Assembly (NCBI GenBank): GCA_050273025.1 | Contig: CP158636.1 | Span: 992,001-1,056,000, forward strand | DNA length: 64,000 nucleotides | Reading direction: 5' to 3' | DNA from: Cenococcum geophilum | Taxonomy: Eukaryota | Shown: positions 50,322-61,800 of the stretch, one piece after another | Layout: the number at the start of each line of letters is the position of its first letter | Position numbering within the stretch: the stretch's first letter is position 1 | Notes under the pieces: generated by a model | What the model saw: only the letters and a program-made list of their open reading frames with translations | What the model was told of the DNA's origin: nothing | The model's database searches: none | Made by a program: the position numbers and the translations under genes

Positions 50322-53300
50322 TTTGTGTTTTATAGCTTATAGCTTATAGGGGGGGTTCCTAGTTTTTTCAGTAGATAATAACCTCCTTAGGTCTCTTATC
50401 TCCTAGTGCAGAGGTGAAAAACTAGGTAAAAAGCCTTCCTAGTTTTTACTATCCTTCTATATCCTTTTTCCTTACTAACCCTACTAGAGAGCTTCTGGGG
50501 AAATTAGAGTAAAAGGTAGTAGAAAAACTAGGTAAAAAGACTATAGTAGTTATTTTCTTCTCTATTAGAAGTAGAAAAAACTCCTAGAAAAAAGGACTTG
50601 TTAGGCTTTTACTAGCAGAAAAGTCCGAAAAGGCAATCCTTCTCTTACTAAGGAAAATCTGACTAAAGGAGATAGAGAAAAGTACCTACACCCCCTATTT
50701 TATTAGGCTTTTGCTTTATTAGAAGAAAAGCCTAGGAAAAGTCTGTATTTTGGTTTTGGTGTTCCTATCCTTGTCTTCGCTTAAAAGCTAGGACCCCCCT
50801 TTGAAAAGATTTCTCTCGGGGAAAGGGGGTAAAAGGGTAAGTAGATCCACCTCTAGCTCGCCAGGCAGTAGGAATTTGGTCTTAAAAGTTGGAAAATCGG
50901 TTGTTTTTGGTAGAAAGATGGATATGCGTAAGTTTCGAGGTGCGGCGCTACCTTTTGGTAAGGTTGCATGTGCGGTGTTCCTTTATATTATATTATATAA
51001 GGACTATATAATAGTAACTTATTTATTCCTTTTAACCTATACACCTTAGTTACGTAAAAGGGTTTATAGTTTATGGATAGTAATAGGGTTATAGGCCTTA
51101 AGAGTAGCTTCCGTAAAGTCCGTAAAGTCTTCCTAGTATTGCTTCTATAGGTCGTTATTTATAAGCTTAAAGTGTTTATATTTAAGGATTTTAAAACTAA
51201 TATAGTTGTTAATATTGTTTATAGACGTAACGTTAACTCCTTATCTCTACTTCTTTTAACCTTTACTAACTTACTTGCTAATGTCTGCTATACTATAGTA
51301 TAGTATAATACGTAGCGGGTAGTAGCAGCTTATAATGGGTGGGGGAGGTCTTATAACGGTCCATAAAATTAATTAACGGGTTTATAATGGTTCGCAGGAG
51401 GGTAGGGGTTTTCCATAAAAGGTCTAAAGAGGTTTAAGGTTCGAGGGGGTTAAGGATAGGGGTTCCGTATAGGTCTGTATTCGCGTCTATAACTTCCGGT
51501 AAACCGTACTAAGACTTAAATAAGTATATAGAGTTAGAGATAAGTCCTAACTTCCGACCTTTTAGTAGGTTGTACTAGGAGTCTAAACGGGTGGTTACTG
51601 TCGTGTGTATCGCTTGGGGGGAGGTATTAAGTAATTGCTAATCTATGCGCGCTCACTAATTAGTATTCGTACTAACTTAATAGCACGAGTGAGTTGTATC
51701 CACGGGCACGAAATACGTGTAGTATTATATACTTGTTTGGATGGTAACTGTCGATTCTATTAAGGTAGACTACGTGGTCTATATACTGACGCGCCTCCCC
51801 CCTAATTAGTCAGCACGTAGGTGGTTAGTGCACGAACGCGTATTTACGCGTTCGTATACCAGGTGCTGTAATTATACAATATTATATAACTTGGTAATAC
51901 TTAAAGAACTTAGGCTTAGTAGTATTAATAGCTCTATAGAAGGTAAAGTTATAGAGGCGCCTTTAATAAGCTCTTACTAAGGAGCTAAATGCACTAATAT
52001 CTAGTAGTTAAGTAGATATATTAAATAAGGTATTAAATAGAGAGGGATAATCTTATAAGCTTTATAATATTTAATAAACTATATTAATATGTAACTCTTA
52101 TATCTATTAAGAATTAATAAGTAATATATTTCTTAAAGTATTTTAACTAATTAGCTATAATATCTAAGGGTATATTTAGTTGTAGCTTTATAATTAATCT
52201 GAAGGCTCTAGAATCAATCTAATCTAAAGGTTAAATCTAAATCTAACGCAATTGTTTAGTGATTCTAACGACTTCTTAACCCGAAGCTCTTCTAGATCGG
52301 CAGTCGCGTTAAATTTGCACGCTTTACTATAAGGTAGTTATTCTCCTGCTTTTAAGATAGAACTTCCCCACCATAACTTAGATCTCTCTAATAATTTAGA
52401 AGCTGCTTCTCCTTAGTAGAAAGAAGTAGCTCCTAAAGTATTATAGAGATCTAAGCCATAGTAGGGAAATATAACTATAGGGAAAAGGTAAGGGATAAGT
52501 TTTAAAAATACGTCTTTAAGCTTTAAGGCTGTATCTCGCCCCCTAATAGAATCGGTAGAGTCCTAAAACTATTAGAAAGAGATACTTAAGTCCCTTAAGA
52601 ATTAAATGCATCAACAACTAAAATAATAGCTGCAGTATTGGCCTTATGGCGGCTCACTGACGCCGAAGGGAAATTTTAGATGGACCAATTTTGCACCAAA
52701 CACGCGCCCATAATCTCTCAGACGCTCCGCAGAGGAATTTGGGGGTTGCAGGGGGGGTGTGGTACGTGCTGAGTTATGCAACCGCCAAAAATTTCCTGCG
52801 GAGCGGCTGAGTCAACTGAGATAAAGCTCTGTGTAGAGCTTCGATAGAACTCCGTATAAGCTCGGACCCATAATTAGGGTGCAAGAACTTTTGTTAGCGA
52901 CCTCCATAGTAAAGGGGGCGATTTGAATCGGGCGATCGGCAAATTGGCTTGAGTCGGTGTTTGACTCGTATGGGTGGCTAAGGCGTTATCCGAATACTGG
53001 AATGCGAGTACGAGAGTAGGTGCAAGTGCACCGAGTGGAATCTAAAGCATGGAGAGTGTAGCCGAAAGCTCCGGAAGTGTTTAAATACGCCACGTTGCAA
53101 AATCTTACACTTGATAAACTTTAGCGCCGTGCGTGTATACCTAATAAGCTTTTAATACAAAATTCTTTAAAATTATTGCGATTAAGCTCGGACCCCCGGA
53201 ACTCGGTTGACCCCTAGACTCGGACGCCTAACCTAATCGGTCACCCATCAATTTGAGCTACCTACACCAAATCAATCAAGGTTAATCGCTTCTGTATACA

Positions 53301-53693
53301 TAGACTTTGATATATTGGCTTTGGCCTTTCGAGCAGACACTCTTTCAGGTCGTGATTTTATCTCCTTTGCCTTTACACGTGCCTCTTCCTTCTCTACCTC
53401 ACCTATCCCTTTGTGTGGCAACCGTTTCTTGCAATATTCGTATATACATACCTCCCAAGCCAATCTAAAGGCTTTATACTGTATATAGCTTGGTGTTAAA
53501 GCCTTGGTCAGTGCAACTGCTCGGCGGTAGGGGTATAGGCGCCACCTCCGAATTTCGGAATCTTAAATATTGCGGTAAGTAGCAGCGACGTGGTTAGAAA
53601 GCCTGTATATAGAATAGTGGTATAGTTAATTAAAGAGCTTTAATATTATTGTTACCTATTTAATTCTTAAAGTCTCAGCAAAATATTATCCTT

Positions 53694-55710
53694 ATGCCTA
53701 GAAAACATTGTATATCTTTAGCTCCAAAGCCTCTAAAGGCTTAAAAAGCTTTAAAAGCTCCAAGGCCTCCAAAAGCACCTTAAGCATAGGAGTCTTATTC
53801 ACAATCTTTTTAGGCAACGCAGTATACATATAATAGCTTAGCGGCAGTAGCTGTACAGCCTCCAGAGGCTTTGCTAAGTAAGGATATTTAGGAAGAGGTT
53901 CGGCCAACTAGCCAGAAAGAGGGTATTAAGGAAGATAAATTAGAGGCTATTTTTAAGGCCCGCGGTAAGACCGCTGAGAATAAGGTAGATAAGGTAGATA
54001 AGACTAAATTACTAGAGCTATTAGCTAAAGAAGTTTTAAGAATAAGCTTCCCTGCCGTACCTACTACGTGAGAGCCTATGGCTACTATTCCTAAACTAGA
54101 TCTTAAAGTTATTAACCTTCTAAAGGAGTTAATATTTGCCACTTGGCGTGCTGGTAAGCCTATCTACGGCTCTAATACGGGCGCCTAATCTAATAAATTT
54201 TCTGCTTAAGATAAGGATAATAAGCGCTCTGCTTACTGTACGGTAGCAGATTAGGTTAGTATAGTGTCTAGTATGTATAGATCTAGGTAAAACCTACTAA
54301 TTTAAGTATTTCTACTATTCTTTAGTGTTAGCGTATTTAAGAAGCTTGTAATTAGCACGAACCTCTATATAGCCTCTTAAAACGCTAGCAAATATTACTA
54401 ATTAGGATAGTACGCCGGTAAACAATTACGGGCGTGAAAGGAGACCTCTGTGGGTAAGCTAATGATTTAAGTAGGATTTGTTATCTATATAGGCGTCTTT
54501 AAAGTTTCTTAAGTGCGAGACCTTTGGGCTATAGATCCTAAATATCCTAGACACTTAATTAGCTTATTTATAGGCCAAAAAAGATAGGAGCAACTTAAGC
54601 ACTTTTTTTACATATTACCGCCTCTACTAGAAGGCGTTAAACGTTATATATTTAAGAAGATTAAGCCGTTAACAACATCTTTAGGCGAGGCGTTTAGAAA
54701 GTACGTTATACCTAGATCTATAGTTAGCTTTAATAAAATAATGGTAAGGTTTACTAGATAATCTACAGCTATAATTAAATTACCTAGTAAGCTAATACCT
54801 AAAGGCTATAAAATAATAAGTCTTTGTTAATATAAATATTGCTATAGCTTTATATTTATATTACCTAGTTACTTTTTTAGGCTTCCTTCTTAAACGGATT
54901 ACTAAAATATTGTCCTCTTAAAGACCTCTAAATATGTCCTCTATTTTACTTAGTAGCTTCCTCTCTAAACCCGTCAATTCTGCCTATTTTTAGATAACTA
55001 CTTCACTAATATTCTGTTACTTTAGGTGCTTTAACAGCTTAGGGTTACTACAGCTAGGACGGCTTAATTAAACTTAAAGAACTATTTAGAGGTGTATAAA
55101 AGGGCTAATAAAAGAAAGGCAAGACTACCGTTTAACTTTATTACGGGAATAGTTATTAGCGCAGTTAATTTGGTGCTTTTAATTGTATAGTAGGATAAGA
55201 ATTTAGTACGGTTTTTAACGATAGCTCACTTATATAGCAGTAAGGATGTTAATAAAGTTAACCGATATTGGCCGCGAGTATATAATTCCTTCCTTAAAAA
55301 GCTAGTGGCTAACGTTTGGGGTAATAATCTAATTAAGAAGTTAACGCTTCCTAGACTCTCTATTGACTATAATAACTAAATAGGCGGCGTTAATATCTAT
55401 AATTAACTTCGAAGCTACTATACGTACCTAAATACCCTTATTCTTTTAGGCGCTTAATACGGCTATAATTAACGCCTATATTATTAGTAAGAATATTTTT
55501 TAAACGTTAAGTAAGCTATTCCTTTATACCTACTACCGCTTCTATATATAATTGGCATAGAACCTTATTATTATAGGTAGTTAGAAGATAGGTTTAACTA
55601 AATAAGATACTAAGTATTGTCTTTATTTAGTCCTATAAAAGCCTAAACAATATTAACCTAGTACTAGGCCTGGTTATAAAAATATTAAAATAAATTAAAG
55701 AAGTACCTAT
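53694..55710 (+). mobile_element. piggyBac transposase remnant, RIP-degraded
   Basis: VSF(DEM)MVRFT(GR)S...KLPSK(P)IP(E)GYKI ~54720-54820, LFLDNYFTN ~54985, (W)(Q)DKNLVRFLT ~55190 and DYN..(M)GGV(D)..(DQ)LRSYY ~55370: the DDE_Tnp_1_7 pattern. Confidence 0.8.
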
Positions 55711-55715
55711 ATTAC

Positions 55716-56074
55716 TGTCACGGAGTGAGTATAAGCGGTGATAATATGTAGCAAAGTAGATACTATTAAGCTATATACATGAACTGTGTGATAAGGTCAA
55801 GACGTTGCGTAAGGAGAGAAGGCAGGGAAACGGGAAGAAAGGGTATATATCGTTAGCTTGGTTGCTTGGTCAACACGTGCACGGAGCAGAATAGGATTCA
55901 GGTGGTGGTCCTGGCAGAACTTGGCAGGATTCGGTGGAACTTGGCGGAATATGGCAGAATATGGCAGATTGCCGTCAGATTGCCGCAAATTGCCGTCTCG
56001 TGGTCAGTCTCTAGTTGCTGAGTCGGTGGAAACAGGTGGACGTGTATAAGGTGTCACGGGGGTGTCCCGTGACA
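55716..56074 (-). mobile_element. Solo LTR (359 bp), TSD ATTAC, lightly mutated
   Basis: TGTCACGG...CCGTGACA termini; ATTAC at 55711-55715 and 56075-56079; GGCAGAA-type repeats in the presumed U3. Confidence 0.9.
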
Positions 56075-56125
56075 ATTACTGCCAAAACCCTACTACCTGC
56101 GATTTAACAGTATACGCGAACTTAC

Positions 56126-58824
56126 TATTAGCGACTTAGTCAATTAAGGTATAGGCACGGCAAAAGGGACGCGCAAGCCTGTACGATTGGATTGTCTATA
56201 AACGAGAATCTAAAGCTAGGGAAAGGAAAGGAGAAGAAGAGCAGCGCCGTTCGATATTTTATAAGATCTTCGTGTCACGTAACCGCAATATGCGGCAATC
56301 TGTAGTAACTTGCTGGTGCATAGTTCTGCCAAGTTCTACTAGTGCTATAACATTACCCCCCCCTCTAAAAAAGCCTACCCTTAGGCTTTGCCGCTAAAAG
56401 TCTTAGCAAGAGAATCTAACCAATTAGATAACTTTAACCGCTGGTTAAAGTTCCTAAATATCTTAATACCTTATATAACTAAGAAATTTCTAGAGTGTTT
56501 TTATCCTTATATTCTTCTAGTAGCTTATTGTCTTCGTTATACTAGCACTCTATTTACTTATCTAGGTACTTTAGCGGTCCGGGTTTATTAGGGTAATAGC
56601 TATAGAACTTCTAAAGCTTATAGGGGCTACCTATAAAGTTCCATATAGGGTACTAAGTAGGGTCTAGGTTATATCCTTTCTAACTAATATAATACTTTAA
56701 CGTTCCCTTTACAAGTTTATAGGCTAGTATTTCTTTAATTTCCTATTTATTATTATTATTAACTTAAATTAGCAGGGGAGGTTTATTCTTTTATCTAGGC
56801 AGTAGGTTATTTATAGCTTTCTATAGCTTATTTAGTAAGAAGATAAAGTAAACTTTAATTAAGTTTAGGAGCTTAATCTTATATAGGTTGCCTACTTTAT
56901 TAAGAATCTTATACGGTCCTACTATTTTATAGTCTAGCTTATAGCTAGGCCGTTCTATCTTTTAGTTCTTTGTTATAACCTAGACTATATCGCCTATAGT
57001 AAAGTTAGGCTTACGCCTATACTTATTTGCCTGCTATTCTATTAATTTCTAAGCCTTTTTTAGGTTTATATAGGCTACTTTCTAAGCTTCTTCTAAGCGC
57101 TTAGCGTACTACTAGGCTTCCTTATAAGATAGTTTTTTACGTATAGTCTAGGGCCATTTTAGTCTTTCCCAGTTAAAGCTTATATAGGGTAGGTAACCTA
57201 TTTCTAGTTAAATAGGGGCAAATCCAGTAGAGTTATAGGGTAGGGTAGCTTAGGCGTAGTTTATTAAGGGTAATAGTTTAGTCTAGTTATCCTAGAAGTA
57301 GTTAATAAAAGGCCAGAGTTTTTAGTCTAAGTATTAATTCACAATCTCCGTTTAACCGTTTGTTTGGGGGTAATATACTATAAAAAGCTTTAGCTTTGTT
57401 GGAATGTATATATTGGAATATATGGACAGGTTGCGTAGTTATGTGTCCCTAATTAGTCATCCTTATAGTGACTCATCAACCCCCCCCCCCTATTTAGGCA
57501 CTGCGATCCTTACGATCCTCTGCGAAGGACAGACACGAATGAATCAAAAACCAGAACTACTTATATTGCAATTGCAGTACCCCCCAGGTGATACCGACAA
57601 GCTTAATACCTAGGATCTAGGTAAACTTATTCTAAAAGACTGATATAAACTGCGGCCTATAGTCGGATATAATAGTGTCTAATAGTCCGTAAATTTGGTA
57701 GACGTAGTGGATATACAGTTAAGCTGCCTCTTTAGTATCGATATTCTTATAACAGAGAATTAAAAACAGGCGCTTGCCGAAGCGGTTAACTAGGATTATA
57801 ACTATATTATATCCGTCACGGCCTAGAGGTAGCCTATAAAAGTCTATAAAGACATATTACTAGGGGCGGTTAGGTATTAAGAGGGGTTTTAATAGTCCTA
57901 GGGTCTTATCTCGTGGAATTATGGACCTATAGTAGTTATTGCAGTTCCGTATATAGCGGTTAATATCTATAATTATTCCGGGCTAGTAGTAGCGGTCGCT
58001 AATAATCCTGCGGGTCTTATTTTTTCTAGGGTAGGCCGTAGAGACCTAGGTATATGCTTCGGCAATAAGCCGAGTTCGTAAGTTCTATTCCTTTGCTACC
58101 ACTAGCTATTTATGGTGCTTAAGTAGTCTACTTTTAAGGGACTATAGGCTAGAAACGTTCTTTGCCTTTTTGCAGTACTCCTATAAAGAAGGGGCCGTAT
58201 AATTTGCCTATAGCAGTTTATTAATAAGGTCTAGTTTTATAGAGTTAATAGGGTATATCTTAGCATCCAAAGAGTTTATATTTAGTTCTACCCGTATTTA
58301 GAAGTTAAAGTACTCTAGTTATAGTAGTGTCTAGGTCCGTAATGAGATCTTTATAGCTATATAGTTACTTAGGTCTTATTTACGCCTAGTAAGAGTATCC
58401 GCACGGTTTGTAGCGCCTAGTCTATATATAATTAAGAAGTTAAACTAAGATAGGATATCCGCCTAGCGTGCTTATTAGGCCGTAAGGGCCTTAGTTATTA
58501 TAAAGTATTCTAGGGCCTTATAATCTAATACTACCTTAATAGGTTTAGGGGTCCCCTCTAGCTATATACGCCAATGCTAAAAGCTAAAGATAATAGCCAG
58601 CATTTCTTTATTATGGATGTGGTAGTTTAGTTTAGCATCTATTATAGTTTTTAAATAGTATATAACAGGGTGCTATTCTCCGTCCAGTTGCTTCTAGAAA
58701 AAAAATACCAGCTATTACGCCGTCTAAGGCATCAGTTTTTAGCATTAAGGGCCGTTCTAGGTTAAAGTAGGCAAGTAGGGGGGCCGACACTAGCCGTTTT
58801 TTAAGCTTATTAAAGGCCTATATA
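56126..58824 (-). mobile_element. Chromodomain Gypsy 'G2' (same family as G1): 3' LTR, chromodomain, integrase, RNase H
   Basis: LTR 56126-56352 homologous to 15207-15648, PPT, chromodomain ~56540-56750, integrase (GPY ~56915, DF core ~57845, H-PGR zinc finger ~58030), RNase H ~58500-58750. Interrupted at 58825 by another Gypsy. Confidence 0.88.
57397..57599. mobile_element. Solo LTR (203 bp), TSD AGCTT, inside the G2 integrase
   Basis: TGTTGG...CCGACA termini; AGCTT at 57392-57396 and 57600-57604. Confidence 0.88.
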
Positions 58825-61800
58825 TATAACGGAGCCTTATAGCAGGAACTACGGTAGACTTATTAATGGGCTAGGTATATAGGTATTACAAGTAAGTCAA
58901 TAACATAATAACAACTGGTGGAGTAGTTGCCCAACAGATTAACTCTAATTGTATTCTAAGAATTACTACGAGGAAGGAACTATCTAGGTAGGGACTAAGG
59001 GTCCTTAAATACACAATAGTACTCCTATAAAAGTTATTGCTCTATCTGCTCTGTCTACTCTATCTACTCTGCCGTAGATCTTGCAGATTATATAGATTAT
59101 ATAGATTACATCACGTGACTCTGCTTACTATTCCTCGTTATATAGTTCTATGGGTTCCATCTTAGACCGTGCTTATATTAACTAACTAGCTTCTTCCAAC
59201 TCCTCTCTAAGTAGTTATAATATTATACTTAAAGCATCCGTAATACTATCTCCCTCCTCTCTATTTTTGTCCTTAAAGATACCTAGCATCTCTAAGTTGT
59301 TTACTAGAGGTATAATATCCGTCTAGTTAATTTAGTTAATATTATTACTTATAATGCCTAAAGCTTCTTCTTTTTCCTTAACTCTTTATTATACGCGTAT
59401 AGTTTCTTCCATACTATCACTTAGTAAAGTAATACTATCTCCGTATTCTTGTTGTACGAAAAAGGGGTTAGTTTGTGTTATATTAGCGAGTCCTTTATCT
59501 TAGCAGCCCTCTTTTTACTTAGAGTGTATAAAAGCAAACGTTCGGTTATCTTGCGATATTCGCTTAGTTTCTAACGCTAAGTATGCGCGTCCTATAACTC
59601 TTAATAGTCTCTAAGTTCCCTAAGTAATTTATTATAGGGTCTTATGTTTAATCTACTGCTGCGAAGCTTAATAATAAGTTGTCTATTACCTTGGCGGAGC
59701 TTTATTGTTTATATAACGCTAAAAAGGAGGCTGTTAATGCTTAGTAACGGGCTCTTAATTCTCGTCTTGCTGTGTCTACTTAACTAATTCGTCTTAAAAA
59801 GGTTTGTAAGAAGGTCCGTTTAAAGGAGTAGAAACTTATAAAATAAGGTTTACAGAAACTTAGCAATAAAAAAACGGATTCTCTTCTAATAGAGAAGGAA
59901 ACAACTCTAAGTAACTCGGCAGTTACTCTTCCTAAGTCCCCCTTAGGTAACTCGTTCTTTAGTAATTCTTCTTTATTAATATTACCTAACCTTTTTTCTT
60001 CTAATACTTCTATACCTTTCCTATAGCGTTTTTTAAATTTATTAATAGCTCCTAGGTAGTCTCGTTATAGCCTATCTACTTTACTTTATACTATGTTTTA
60101 TTGTCTATATCCTTATAACTAACAATCTTTAAAACTTGCCATTTATCTTCCTCTTATCCTCTATATATGTCTGCTTTATAGACCAGTGGCTTAATATTTC
60201 CATATACTAGCTCTAGCATTACGATATATTATATAGGATAGATTTTTATCTTAGCTAATAGGTTTAACTTAAATATAACCAGTGAAATTCTTTATATAAT
60301 TTTAAAAGGTCCTAGTCTAACATAGTCCAATTTCTTGCTTGGTTAATAACTCTTGAAATTTTTATATAGTAGCTATACTTTATCTCCCTCCTTAAGATCT
60401 AGTCCCTTAAATCTCCTAGCGTCGTAGTACTTTTTCATTCTTTGTTATACCACCTTAGCTATTTCTATAAGGTCTGCATAAAGATTTATTAAACTCTTTA
60501 TTCTTTACTTAGCTATACTACTTATCTTCTTTACTTAATATAGGAATAGTAAGGTCCTTAGCTCATATCCGTAATTCGCCTTAAATAGTAACGTACCTAT
60601 TCCTTCTTATAGTATTGCATTATATATAAACTATATAACTAGTAATAGTAATACCCAATTATTTTATGTATGATTAACATAGTGCCTTAAATACTGCTCT
60701 AGTGTCTAATTTAGTCTTTCCGTTTAACCGTCTATCTGTAGATAATATACGGTGGAAGTTACTGCTTAAACTCCTTGCTCTGCTAAGAATACTTCCTAGA
60801 ATACTGCTACGAATCTTAAATCTCTATCCAATATAATTTTACTTAGTACTCTATATCTTGTAAATACTTCTTTAATATAAATTCTAGCGACATCTTCCGC
60901 TAATATTTCTTCTATGCATGCTATAAAGTACCCCCACTTTATAAGCTTATCTATTATTACTAAGATCGCGTTATAATCTTATCCGGTAATAGGGTTTCTT
61001 AACTTTAGTAACTTAATAATAAAGTCCTATAATATAACCTCCTATAGTCTCTCTAGTATTTTAATAGGTTGTAGCTCTCCATATAGCTTATACCTTATTA
61101 GTTTATTCCTTTAGTAATCTAGATATTCTTTTATAACTTATCTAGCTAGTCCCTAGATTCCATTAATAATATATTCCTCTTAAAGTCTTAATACTAAGCC
61201 TATAGCTCCGTTATGTCCTTAAGTTAATCTTTTATAAAATATCTTAATAAACTCCTTTGCAATAGATCTTGGTACATATATTACTTCTTAATTTTCGTAC
61301 TACTTTAAGTCTAGATCCTCTATTTATGCGTCTAGGATCTTTTATATCCAATTACTCTCTAGTAATTTATAGATCTTTTCTTCTTGTATTGCTATAATCT
61401 TTGGATAATTATATCTAATTAGTCTATCTATGTCTTTTCGCAACAAAGCCCCTAATGGCTTTTTATTATTTTATAGTTTAGCTTTTCTACTTAGAGCGTC
61501 TGCTCGTGCGTTCTCTGTACCCTTAGTATACTAAATCTTGAAATAGTATTCCACAAGCATCTTTACCTATCTAACTTATCTATAATTAAGTTCTTTCGTT
61601 ATTAGGAACCCCGTTAGGTTTTTATAATCCGTTTTAACTATAAATAGTTTTTCTATACCTTATAAGAATAATCTCTATTCCCTTAATACTATAACTATAC
61701 CTAATAACTCCTTGTTATAGATGTTATAGTTTAGTTCTGGTAGTGTTATCTTTCAACTATAGTATACCACTAGGTGCTATCCATCTTAATATTTTTATAG

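Larger units (their letters stand above)
44427..50983 (-). mobile_element. Full-length Tad1-like LINE with RNase H
   Basis: Poly(A) tail (T-run 44427-44443), ~12-bp TSD TATATTATATTA (44415-44426, 50984-50995), ~660-bp 5' UTR and two ORFs. Confidence 0.93.
39082..51878 (-). mobile_element. Full-length Copia (GalEa-like) 'C2', RIP-inactivated, split by a LINE
   Basis: 215-bp LTRs 39082-39296 and 51664-51878, TSD ATATT. Integrase ORF remnant MAVKAVNNTAGPNKLVPTLLVYGAY (41682-41945), HRRFG at ~42490, RT and RNase H motifs at ~39.8-41.3 kb. Confidence 0.93.
36845..52986 (-). mobile_element. pogo/Fot1-type DNA transposon, TIR pair with TA TSD, expanded to 16.1 kb by nested insertions
   Basis: Left TA|ACGTCTTAGCCACCCATACGAGTCAGCCACCCACCCGAGCCAA (36845-36887) and right TTGGCTTGAGTCGGTGTTTGACTCGTATGGGTGGCTAAGGCGT|TA (52944-52986) are 43-bp imperfect inverted repeats. 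A basic, transposase-like C-terminal fragment lies on the minus strand at ~36970-37370. Confidence 0.85.

Noticed and set aside
38640..52600. Coding relic split by Copia C2 (38.6-39.1 and 51.9-52.6 kb), possibly MULE/SWIM-like
   Set aside because: Too RIP-degraded to support any family assignment.
53170..53490. Possible second Tc1/pogo terminus (CTCGG repeats) plus a basic C-terminal ORF fragment
   Set aside because: No partner TIR or catalytic motif in the window; too weak to call.
34900..53500. Starship giant transposon carrying the Clr5-TF gene
   Set aside because: No DUF3435 captain-like ORF or Starship boundary is recognisable in the window. Cannot be excluded for flanking DNA.
53496..53520. 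TTAA as the piggyBac left end
   Set aside because: Not followed by the usual CCC-type TIR, and the right end is not visible, so the boundary is unassigned.
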